From Steroidobacteraceae bacterium (lineage in GTDB: Bacteria > Pseudomonadota > Gammaproteobacteria > Steroidobacterales > Steroidobacteraceae): DNA of 64,000 nt. A program made the position numbers and the translations under genes. The notes below the pieces were generated by a model that saw nothing but the letters and a program-made list of their open reading frames with translations, was not told where the DNA came from and made no database searches. Location: positions 738-64,737 of the forward strand of contig DASQIP010000066.1 in the NCBI GenBank assembly GCA_035631515.1. Reading direction: 5' to 3'. The number at the start of each line of letters is the position of its first letter. Position 1 is the stretch's first letter. Shown here piece by piece: positions 54,562 to 62,272 of the stretch.

Positions 54562-55395
54562 ATGAGCCGGACGCGCTGCGGCCGCGAGTACCTGTCGGCA
54601 GCCGGCTGCGCGGTGGCCGCGGCTCTGCTCGCGGCAGCGGCGCCGGCTGCCGGCGGCTCCGAGGACTCCACCCCCGCGGCTTTTTCCTGCACGCTGTCGA
54701 GCTCCTGGAGGAGCTGCGGATTCGCAGCGCAGGCGAAGTCGTCCGATCGCATCACGGAGGTCGAGGTTGCGGGTGTGCCCGGCGTGCGCCTCGAAACGAT
54801 GCCGGGGGACGAGCGCATCGCCGGCAGCGGCCGCGCCGAACGCGCAGACCTCGCCCTGTCGCCGGAGGAGACCGGCTGCTCCCAGGGCGCCGAGCAGTGG
54901 TGGACGCACGCGCTGCTCTTCCCCGATGACTACACTCCGCCGCGCGCCACGGCGGCGGACTCCTGGCCGTGGGGCGTGGTCTTCGACTTTCATCAGACGG
55001 GCTCCGAGGGCCAGGCCAACTTCGAGATCGACGTCGTCGGCAAGCCTCCCGGGATGCAGTTCGCGATCTCCGCAGGGCCGGTGGTCTCGAACGGGGCGCC
55101 CGGCTCGCCGACCCGGATATTCCCCGTGGGCCCCATAATAAAGAATCACTGGTACCGCTTCGTCTACCACATCCGCTGGTCGTCCGGGCGCGATGGCTTT
55201 TTCGACGCCTGGGTCGACGGCCGGCGGGCGCTCGACTACCGCGGGCCCACGCTGTACGCGGGGCAGGCCTGTTACCTGAAGCTCGCCAACTACCACACGC
55301 CCGTCGGGAGCCCGGTGGCCGTCGTGCACGCGCAACTCAAGCGCGCGGCGACCCGGGAGGCGCTCGGCCTGACGTCCGTGGAGCGCGCTCAGTGA
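54562..55395 (+). CDS. secreted polysaccharide lyase (concanavalin-fold, heparin-lyase-I/PL-like)
   Basis: Signal or lipoprotein-like N-terminus (LSAAGCAVAAALLAAAAP). WWTHALLFPDDY, VFDFHQ and NHWYRFVYHIRWSSGRDGFFDAWVDGRRALDYRGPTLY match the pattern I associate with the generic 'polysaccharide lyase' jelly-roll family. Confidence 0.55.
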   Translation: MSRTRCGREYLSAAGCAVAAALLAAAAPAAGGSEDSTPAAFSCTLSSSWRSCGFAAQAKSSDRITEVEVAGVPGVRLETMPGDERIAGSGRAERADLALSPEETGCSQGAEQWWTHALLFPDDYTPPRATAADSWPWGVVFDFHQTGSEGQANFEIDVVGKPPGMQFAISAGPVVSNGAPGSPTRIFPVGPIIKNHWYRFVYHIRWSSGRDGFFDAWVDGRRALDYRGPTLYAGQACYLKLANYHTPVGSPVAVVHAQLKRAATREALGLTSVERAQ

Positions 55396-56213
55396 GGCGG
55401 CCGCCGGGCGTACAGCGACACGGTGGGCGAGAGCAGGTAGAACAACCACTTGCCGCGCGCCGGCCGCTTGCCATCCGGAACCATCCAGCGAGCGATCGAT
55501 CGCAGCCCCTGCATCTGGCCCGGATGCAGCAGATCGAGGCGGTCGTATACCTCGAGGTCCCTGTCGCGCAGCACACGCGAGAGTTGGGGGTAGGTAAACC
55601 AGTGCACGGCCGGATAATCCGTGTAGTTAACGAGATCACGCCGATGCTTCATGATCCAGCTCAGCACACGATCACGAAGCGGTCTCGGGAGCCAGGGGTA
55701 GAACGGAAAGTGGTTTACCTCGCCCTGGAATGGATGATGACCATTGGTCGTGTGCAGCAGCAGGACGCCACCGGGAGGAAGCACATTCACCGCCGCACTC
55801 ACCGCGGCGCGCCAGTCGGGCACGTGCTCGAGGAGTGAGTTGAGCGACACCACGTCGAACTCACCGATATCCCCTGGCAGCCGGGTGGCGTCCGCGACGA
55901 TGCCCCGGAAGCGGCCGTTGGCGAGCACGTCCCGCTCTCGCGCCCGCTCGATGAAAGTCGCGTCGAAGTCGACGCCCGTGACTTTGCAGCCCTGCGCCAC
56001 CCAATGCACGCTCCACGCGCCGGTTCCGCAGCCGATGTCGAGGACGCGCAGCGGCCGGCGCGGCGGCAACAGTCGGCTGAAGCGCTCGTACTCGCGGCGG
56101 AACTCCGCCAGGTCGCCTGCGGCGCCTGTCGCGATCCTGTTCGTCGCAAGATAGGTGGCGCGTATCCCCTGAGCCGCGGCGGCTCCGGTGCGTGCCGATG
56201 CCGCGCTCTTCAT
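55389..56213 (-). CDS. class I SAM-dependent methyltransferase
   Basis: Motif I VLDIGCGTGAWS, then VTGVDFD, FDVVSLNSLLEHVP and PGGVLLL. The 3' end overlaps the convergent lyase gene by 7 nt. Confidence 0.85.
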   Translation of the reverse strand: MKSAASARTGAAAAQGIRATYLATNRIATGAAGDLAEFRREYERFSRLLPPRRPLRVLDIGCGTGAWSVHWVAQGCKVTGVDFDATFIERARERDVLANGRFRGIVADATRLPGDIGEFDVVSLNSLLEHVPDWRAAVSAAVNVLPPGGVLLLHTTNGHHPFQGEVNHFPFYPWLPRPLRDRVLSWIMKHRRDLVNYTDYPAVHWFTYPQLSRVLRDRDLEVYDRLDLLHPGQMQGLRSIARWMVPDGKRPARGKWLFYLLSPTVSLYARRPPH

Positions 56214-56228
56214 GAGCTGCTCCTCATC

Positions 56229-57011
56229 TCACGCCGCGCTCGCCGCTTCGGGCCGCGGGCGCTGCGCGTCGCGCCGCAGCAGGCCGCGCAGCGTGAGCCA
56301 CATTCGGCCGCGCAGCGTGACGGGGATCGAGCACTCGTAAGCCAGCACCGGCGTGCCGCCGAAGGCGCGCTTGAAGCGGTTGATGCCGGCGCGCTCGGGG
56401 GTGGACTCCTGCGCAAACATGCCGCCCCAGTCGTAATGCAGCAGGCCCGCGGCCTTGAAGGCCAGCATGTCCTGCCAGTGCAGCCAGCGATTCGCGCGCG
56501 CGACGAGCGAGCGGTGATCGCCGTCCGCTCCGCGGAACCAGGAGGCCGAGTGTGCGAGTTGCGCCGTGCGGCCGGCGCACAGGTGTGCATGCCATACGAG
56601 CGTCTCGCCGTTGCGGACGACGCGGCTCAGGGCGAGCTGCCGCGCCTCGGCCGCACGCGTGAGCCAGTGGCGGTCGGCGAGCCACAGGCCCTTCTGCCGC
56701 GCGAACACGTCGTAGAAGTCGATGAACTCAGCGAGGTCCGCGGCCGGCTCGGCGGACATCTCATACCGCAAGGCGTCTTCACGTCCGGCGCGGCGAATCT
56801 GCCGGCGGCAGGTCTCGTCGAACCGCGCCAGAATCGCCTCGCCCGGCGGCGTGAGATCGGTGCGCAGCGAGTGCAGCGGGGAGTTGCGCGCGTCGGCGAT
56901 CGGCGTCGAGCGATAGCGGTAGACCAGGATGTCGACGCCCGCATCCGCCGGCGGCGGCTCATCGAGCCACAGCTCGCCGTAGGTTACGGCGCGGCCCCGA
57001 ACGCGGATCAC
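56229..57011 (-). CDS. FemAB-like / GNAT-fold (Acetyltransf_6-type) acyl- or aminoacyl-transferase
   Basis: 260 aa. The pattern ...ARFDETCRRQIRRAGRE..., WHAHLCAG..., ARANRWLHWQDMLAFKAAGLLHYDWGG and INRFKRAFGG resembles the FemAB/BioF2-like acetyltransferase family. GTG at 57011 forms a GTGA overlap with the upstream stop. Confidence 0.5.
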   Translation of the reverse strand: MIRVRGRAVTYGELWLDEPPPADAGVDILVYRYRSTPIADARNSPLHSLRTDLTPPGEAILARFDETCRRQIRRAGREDALRYEMSAEPAADLAEFIDFYDVFARQKGLWLADRHWLTRAAEARQLALSRVVRNGETLVWHAHLCAGRTAQLAHSASWFRGADGDHRSLVARANRWLHWQDMLAFKAAGLLHYDWGGMFAQESTPERAGINRFKRAFGGTPVLAYECSIPVTLRGRMWLTLRGLLRRDAQRPRPEAASAA

Positions 57012-57994
57012 GCCGCGACCTTCATGGCGAAGCCGGAGTGAAATTCCGCGAGCGTCGTGCCCTTGCACCACGCGGCCAGCTCCTCGAACAGCACCTCGAG
57101 GCTCGCGTACAGCCGCTCGATGTCGGCGGACGCGCGAAATCGCGGGCTGCCGCCCGGCATCAGCTCGGAGGAGTGCACCAGGAACTCGACGCACACCGCG
57201 CCGTTGACGCGCGCCGCGCGCGCCGCGCGCAGCATGCCCGCGAGACCGTTCTCCCCGGGACACGCCCAGCTGTGCATCGGCGAGATGCGATTGAAGATGG
57301 GGCCCGCCAGCGGCAGACGGTAGGCCCAGGGCGCCGCCCGGTAGAGGCCGCTCGTCCCGATGGTCACCGGCACCTCGAGCAGGCCGCGGCGCGCCGGAGC
57401 GGCAATGTTAGCGGGCGTGAGGAAGTACGGATAGTCGGGAAAGCCGCGATAGTCCGGCCCGCCGGCTCCGTCCGGCGCGCCGGGCGTGGTGCTCCAGTCG
57501 ACCCCGGGAGTCACGGAGCAATCCACGAGGTAACCCTGCTCGAGCAGCATCTCCGCGTAGCGGCCGTCGAATCCGAGGCGTCCGGCCCGGTGGCTCACGA
57601 TCCGCCGGTCGAAGCGCTCCTCGAGGAGCCGCGTCATGACGGCGATCTTCTCCCGCATCACGTCGTCGGGATATTCGATGAGGTACGGCTGGTGCCGGCC
57701 GTCGTCGTCCGTCAGCGGGATCAGCGGCGGCGAGTTCCAGGCGTGCAGGTGCATGCCGATCTCGCCCGCATCGCGCCTCAGGACATCGCGCCCGAACTCC
57801 ACGAGCTCCGGGCAGGTCGCCATCTCGTAGTTGACGAGATAGACGGGCCGATAGCCGAAGCGCTCGCACAGCGCCTGAAAGCGCGGCAGGAAGCGGGCGT
57901 TGCGGGTCGTGATCTCGCGGGGCCGCGACCAGATGTCGTCCCCCTCGGTGTCGACGGTGATGATGAACGGTGTTTCAGACACGGCGTCCGCCAC
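57008..57994 (-). CDS. polysaccharide deacetylase-like protein (WalW-type)
   Basis: PFIITVDTEGDDIW N-terminus, HLHAW histidine motif, no signal peptide. Pattern recalled from divergent carbohydrate-esterase-4-like proteins in LPS/EPS loci. Confidence 0.55.
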   Translation of the reverse strand: MADAVSETPFIITVDTEGDDIWSRPREITTRNARFLPRFQALCERFGYRPVYLVNYEMATCPELVEFGRDVLRRDAGEIGMHLHAWNSPPLIPLTDDDGRHQPYLIEYPDDVMREKIAVMTRLLEERFDRRIVSHRAGRLGFDGRYAEMLLEQGYLVDCSVTPGVDWSTTPGAPDGAGGPDYRGFPDYPYFLTPANIAAPARRGLLEVPVTIGTSGLYRAAPWAYRLPLAGPIFNRISPMHSWACPGENGLAGMLRAARAARVNGAVCVEFLVHSSELMPGGSPRFRASADIERLYASLEVLFEELAAWCKGTTLAEFHSGFAMKVAA

Positions 57995-59135
57995 CGGCGA
58001 ACAGCTGCTGCGCGCCTGCCGGACTCCGCGTCAGCTCCTCGAAGGCGGCGAGATACGGCGCGAGGATCCGCTCCTCGGCATATTCCCGCCGCATGTACTC
58101 GCGGCAGCGCACCCCGAGCGCCGCCAGCTCGTCCGGGTCGGCGAGCAGGCGCTGGATCGCACCCCGCATCGCGAGCGGGGATCTGACCACCTCGCCGAGA
58201 CCGTGGCAGTCGATGACCCCGTCCGGGTCGCTGAAGGTCACGACCGGGACGCCCAGCATCCAGGCCTGCAGGTAGGCGTTCGGAAAGCCTTCGGCCTCGG
58301 AGGTGTTGACGAGCAGCCGGGCCCGCCCGTACATCGCGCTCGCCTCCCAGTAGGGCAGGTGGCCGTGAAAGACGACGTTGCGGCAGCGCGCCGCGGCGGC
58401 GCGGATGCGCTCGTACAACGACCGCTCGTCAGGCACCGGACCGCCGACCATGTGAAATACAACCCCGGGCAGCCGCGCGGCGAGCTCGAGGAGGCGCTCG
58501 GGACGCTTTACGCGCCGGATGTTGCCGGTCCAGAGAACGTCGAGGTCACGCCGGGCCGCCGGGGGCGCCGGCTCGGCCAGCATGCCGGCGACGCGGCCGC
58601 TGCGACCGAAGCGCTGCGCCAGGCGCTGCGCCTGAGAAGCGCTCTGTACGAGTACCGCGTGCGCCCGCCGCAGCCCGTAGGCGTACAGCCAGCGATCGCG
58701 TGCGTAGCGCACCAGCAGCCTCGCAGGGTCGCAGTCGGTGTCGCTCGCACAACGGAAGACGAAGCGGCGGTCATGACGCGCACAGAACAGCGACAGCAGC
58801 CCGACGTGCATCCCGGCGCAGCTGGTGTAGTAGACCTGCGCGTCGGCGCGCGCCAGCGCCGACCACAGGCCGCTCCAGCGCGGATGGATGAAGCGCAGCA
58901 CGGGAACTCCGGCTGCCGGCCGGTAGGCCTTGTAGACGCAGATACCGTCGCGGACCATGCCATCGTGCTGGCCGCAGTCGGCGGTCACCATGCTGACCTG
59001 GTGTCCGCGGCGTACCAGAGCGCGCGCGAGCAGTGTCTGCTGCACCGACTCGCCGCCGATTGCCTCCCCGCGGAACTCCGGCGCCAGCACCGGCAGGTTG
59101 TCGAGGCCGATCAGGCAGATGCTCATTCTCGGCAT
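57975..59135 (-). CDS. GT4-family glycosyltransferase
   Basis: N-terminal ICLIGLDNLPVLAPEF...GGESVQQ and a C-terminal SEAEGFPNAYLQAWMLGVPVV E-x7-E-type region. Confidence 0.8.
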   Translation of the reverse strand: MPRMSICLIGLDNLPVLAPEFRGEAIGGESVQQTLLARALVRRGHQVSMVTADCGQHDGMVRDGICVYKAYRPAAGVPVLRFIHPRWSGLWSALARADAQVYYTSCAGMHVGLLSLFCARHDRRFVFRCASDTDCDPARLLVRYARDRWLYAYGLRRAHAVLVQSASQAQRLAQRFGRSGRVAGMLAEPAPPAARRDLDVLWTGNIRRVKRPERLLELAARLPGVVFHMVGGPVPDERSLYERIRAAAARCRNVVFHGHLPYWEASAMYGRARLLVNTSEAEGFPNAYLQAWMLGVPVVTFSDPDGVIDCHGLGEVVRSPLAMRGAIQRLLADPDELAALGVRCREYMRREYAEERILAPYLAAFEELTRSPAGAQQLFAGGGRRV

Positions 59136-59207
59136 GTGGGCGTGAGGTTATGCGTCGTGCGTTATCTGAAAGCGGGCCCGGCCGTGCGTCCCCATGGACC
59201 CTTCGGC

Positions 59208-60308
59208 TCACCCGCCGATGAACCGCAGCCACCACTCACCGTCCAGGCGGCTTATCCCGGCGCTGCCTCGCTCGATGGCGTCGACGAGGTCGGCATGGCG
59301 CGAATGGACGAGGGTCCAGGCGCCCTCGCGGCGCATCCAGCAATGCCGGTCGGAGAGCTCCTGCAGGGGATAGGGATCGAGCCGGCCGCGCACCGCCGTG
59401 GCGCCCTGGCGCCATGCGTCGCAGAGCAGGCGCCGCAACACGCGGTCGAAGGCGCCGTCGCAGGCGGCGAGCTGCAGCACCTCGTTGACCGCTCCGGGCT
59501 GCGCGTAGTACATGAACCAGCCGAGCACGCGATCGCCTTCGCGCACTGCACGTGCGCGCAGCCGGCCGTGACGCGTCTTGCGTTCCGCCTGGCCCAACAC
59601 CCAGGCGAGCGATTCGCGGTCGTAGTACGAGCGCAACGGGTATCCGCCGTTCACCACTTCGGGCAGATGATCGAGCATGCCGCCGGCATCGAGCGGCTCG
59701 TCGCAGATCCGGTCGTCTTCGCGCGCGAAACGGTTGGGCCGCACCCGGGCGGCGACCGCGTCCGCGAGCGCGCACGAGGCACGCGCGGCGAAGTGCAGCG
59801 GGCCATGGCGCCCCGGTCTTTCGACCAGCGCCAGCGCATAGCGGCTCGGCCGCAGCAGTCGTGTCCAGTCGAGGTTGTGCAGCATCGGGACCGTGCCACC
59901 GACGGCGCGCCACAGGTGCTTCACCTGCTCGTTGGCGCCGTCGGTGATGAACAGGTCCTGCGGGCCCGCCAGCGCACGCTTGAGCAGCTGCAGCGCCACG
60001 AGGCTGTGACGCCAGTCGGGGTGGACCATGAACTGGCAGCCCACCGCCACCCTGAGGGTCCGCGTGCCGAACAGCATCGGCCGCGGCAACACTCCGGCGA
60101 AGCCGACGGCAGCGCCGTCGGCCTCGGCGATCCAGGAGGGGAGCTCGAGATCGCGCCAGGGATTGGCGAACAGGATTTCGCGGAAGTAGCGCTCGCAGCC
60201 CGGGCGCGACGGCCAGCGTTGCTCGGGATAGACCCGCTCGAACAGCCCGACGACGGCCGGCAGGTCCTCCTCCTCGAGCTCGCGCAGGCTAGTCACGCCG
60301 GCTCGCAC
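59208..60308 (-). CDS. GNAT-like acyltransferase, two-domain (~366 aa)
   Basis: N-terminal LRELEEEDLPAVVGLFERVY...AVGFAGVLPRPM...QFMVHPDWRHSLVALQLLKRAL is a GNAT-like fold with an additional C-terminal domain. Immediately downstream of the carrier-protein gene. Confidence 0.5.
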   Translation of the reverse strand: MRAGVTSLRELEEEDLPAVVGLFERVYPEQRWPSRPGCERYFREILFANPWRDLELPSWIAEADGAAVGFAGVLPRPMLFGTRTLRVAVGCQFMVHPDWRHSLVALQLLKRALAGPQDLFITDGANEQVKHLWRAVGGTVPMLHNLDWTRLLRPSRYALALVERPGRHGPLHFAARASCALADAVAARVRPNRFAREDDRICDEPLDAGGMLDHLPEVVNGGYPLRSYYDRESLAWVLGQAERKTRHGRLRARAVREGDRVLGWFMYYAQPGAVNEVLQLAACDGAFDRVLRRLLCDAWRQGATAVRGRLDPYPLQELSDRHCWMRREGAWTLVHSRHADLVDAIERGSAGISRLDGEWWLRFIGG

Positions 60309-60612
60309 CGCGACGCCGCACGGCCCTCAGGTCTGCGACCCGCGGCTCGGGCCCGGCGCCGCCGTCGCCGGCGGGCGGGTCGTTCAGCAGTCGGGCCAGA
60401 CGCCCCAGGGAGCGGAGGTCATCGAGATCGACGGACTCGATGGCGATGCGGCGGCCGAAGCGCTGCTCGACGAGCAGCAGGAGATCCACGAGCTGCAACG
60501 AGTCGAGCACGCCGCTCTCGAGCAGATCGACTTCGGGCGAGGGCACGTCGACGTGCAGATGCTCGCGCAGCAGGGCGCGCAGCCGGTCGACGTCGATGGC
60601 CGGGTCGGACAT
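60289..60612 (-). CDS. acyl/peptidyl carrier protein (DltC/ACP-like)
   Basis: ATG at 60612. The four-helix carrier pattern has a phosphopantetheine-attachment motif GVLDSLQLVDLLLLVEQRF. The C-terminal ~30 aa form an unusual Gly/Pro/Arg tail overlapping the next gene. Confidence 0.7.
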   Translation of the reverse strand: MSDPAIDVDRLRALLREHLHVDVPSPEVDLLESGVLDSLQLVDLLLLVEQRFGRRIAIESVDLDDLRSLGRLARLLNDPPAGDGGAGPEPRVADLRAVRRRGASRRD

Positions 60613-60625
60613 GGGGCCGCGGCGC

Positions 60626-62272
60626 TCAGTGGCTCCCGGGGATCGCGACCGCCGGCGCGGCGTCTGCGGGCGCGGCCCGCTTGGCCTCGAGAAAGCGCCG
60701 CCGCAGCAGCGGGCGGTCCGTCTTGCCGTTGGCGTTGCGGGGCAGCGCGTCGCAGCGCATCCAGTGTGCCGGCAGCATGTAGCCGGGCAGCACGCGCGCC
60801 AGCCGCTGCCGCAGGAACTGCGGATCGAGGCTGCGGCCGCGCACCGGCACGTAGGCACAGCAGATCATCCAGCCCTCGAAGCCCTCGGACTGCACCGCGA
60901 CTACCGCGCTCTCGCGCAGCTCGGGCAGCGCGGCGAGCGCCGTTTCGATCTCGCCGAGCTCGATGCGGTAGCCGCGACTCTTGATCTGGTGGTCGCAGCG
61001 GCCGGCGAAATAGATGAGTCCGTCGGCACCGCGGCGCGCCAGGTCGCCGGTGCGGTAGATGCGATCTTCGGCGCCCGTAGCGGTGCGGTACGGCAGGAAG
61101 GCGGCCGCGGTCTTTTGCGGGTCGCGCCAGTAGCCGGGGCTCAGGCCCACGCCGCGGATGTACAGATCGCCGGTCTCGCCCGCGGCCACCGGACGCATCT
61201 CGGCATCGAGTATCAGCAGCTCCTCGCCCGCGCAGGCGGTGCCGATCGGGATCGGCTCGCGCGCGTCCGCGGGACAATGCGGCACGGTGTAATGGCTGCT
61301 CGCGATGGTGGTCTCGGTGGGGCCGTAGAGATTGGTGAAGCGTGCGTGCGGCAGGCGCCGCATCCAGTAGATCAGCGTCGGCGTCGGCAGCACCTCGCCG
61401 CACCAGAGCACGCGGCGCAGCTCGGGAAAGTCCCCCTGCTGCACGACGTCGAATTTGGCCATGAGGTTCAGGACCGAGGGCACGGAGAACCATTGCGTCA
61501 GGCGGGACCTGCGGATGAGCTGCGCGAGCTTGTGCGGCAGAAGATTCAGGGTCTGGGGAATGAGATGCAGCTCCGCGCCGGCGCCGAGCGTGCCGAAGAC
61601 GTCGAAGGTCGAGAGGTCGAAGTGCAGCGGGGGGTGCTGCGAGGCGCGGTCCGCGGGCGAGGGGCGGAAGCAGTCCGCCGCCCACTCGAGGAAGCGCATC
61701 ACGCTGTAGTGCGTGATCATCACCCCCTTCGGTTGGCCGGTGGAGCCCGACGTGAAGAGGATGTGCGCGAGGTCCGTGTCGCGGTTCAGGCTCGCCGGCG
61801 CGCTCGCGGGCAGAGCCGGGAGATCCGCGGCCGTGAACGCCGGGGCGAGCTCCTCGTCCGGTGGCGCGCCGGCATCGAGCCAGCCGACGAGCGGGCGCCG
61901 CTCGAGGCTCGCGCATGCGAGCGTCGCGCGCAGCTGAGCGGCCGTCTGGCGCGCCGCCAGAATCGAATGGCAGCCGCATGCTTCCAGCATCCGCGCCAGC
62001 CGCGCGGGAGGACCGGCCGGGTCGAGCGGCACGTAAGCTGCGTCCGCCTTCAGAACGCCGACGAGACCGGCGATCGCCGCCGGCGTCTTCGGCATCAGCA
62101 CGGCGACACGGTCGCCGCGGCGGCAAGCGAGCTCGCGCAGCATGCGCGCGAGACGATTGCTCGAGGCCTCGAGCTCACCGTAGGTCAGAGTGCCGTCCTG
62201 CGAGACGATCGCCCGGGATTCCGGACGGGCGTCCGTCCGTTCGCTGATGGCCGTCTGCAGCAGACGGCTCAT
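60626..62272 (-). CDS. adenylate-forming enzyme, amino-acid-adenylation/DltA-like (ANL superfamily)
   Basis: Core motifs are present in order: LTYGELE (A1), FTSGSTGQPKGV (A3), NLYGPTE (A5), GDLYIRGVGLSPGYW (A6), YRTGDLARR (A7), GRCDHQIKSRGYRIELGEIE (A8) and PRNANGKTDR (A10). ATG at 62272 overlaps the upstream stop (ATGA). Confidence 0.85.
   Translation of the reverse strand: MSRLLQTAISERTDARPESRAIVSQDGTLTYGELEASSNRLARMLRELACRRGDRVAVLMPKTPAAIAGLVGVLKADAAYVPLDPAGPPARLARMLEACGCHSILAARQTAAQLRATLACASLERRPLVGWLDAGAPPDEELAPAFTAADLPALPASAPASLNRDTDLAHILFTSGSTGQPKGVMITHYSVMRFLEWAADCFRPSPADRASQHPPLHFDLSTFDVFGTLGAGAELHLIPQTLNLLPHKLAQLIRRSRLTQWFSVPSVLNLMAKFDVVQQGDFPELRRVLWCGEVLPTPTLIYWMRRLPHARFTNLYGPTETTIASSHYTVPHCPADAREPIPIGTACAGEELLILDAEMRPVAAGETGDLYIRGVGLSPGYWRDPQKTAAAFLPYRTATGAEDRIYRTGDLARRGADGLIYFAGRCDHQIKSRGYRIELGEIETALAALPELRESAVVAVQSEGFEGWMICCAYVPVRGRSLDPQFLRQRLARVLPGYMLPAHWMRCDALPRNANGKTDRPLLRRRFLEAKRAAPADAAPAVAIPGSH

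Noticed and set aside
39618-55395. Idea that the AlgD-like gene, beta-helix protein, GT2 and lyase constitute a classical alginate (alg) operon
   Set aside because: I could not recognise Alg8, Alg44 (PilZ), AlgK (TPR), AlgE, AlgX or AlgI/J/F signatures. The AlgD-like gene is embedded in the Wzx/Wzy module, the GT2 does not resemble my recollection of Alg8, and the lyase is a jelly-roll type rather than AlgL-like. Only a loose functional analogy remains.
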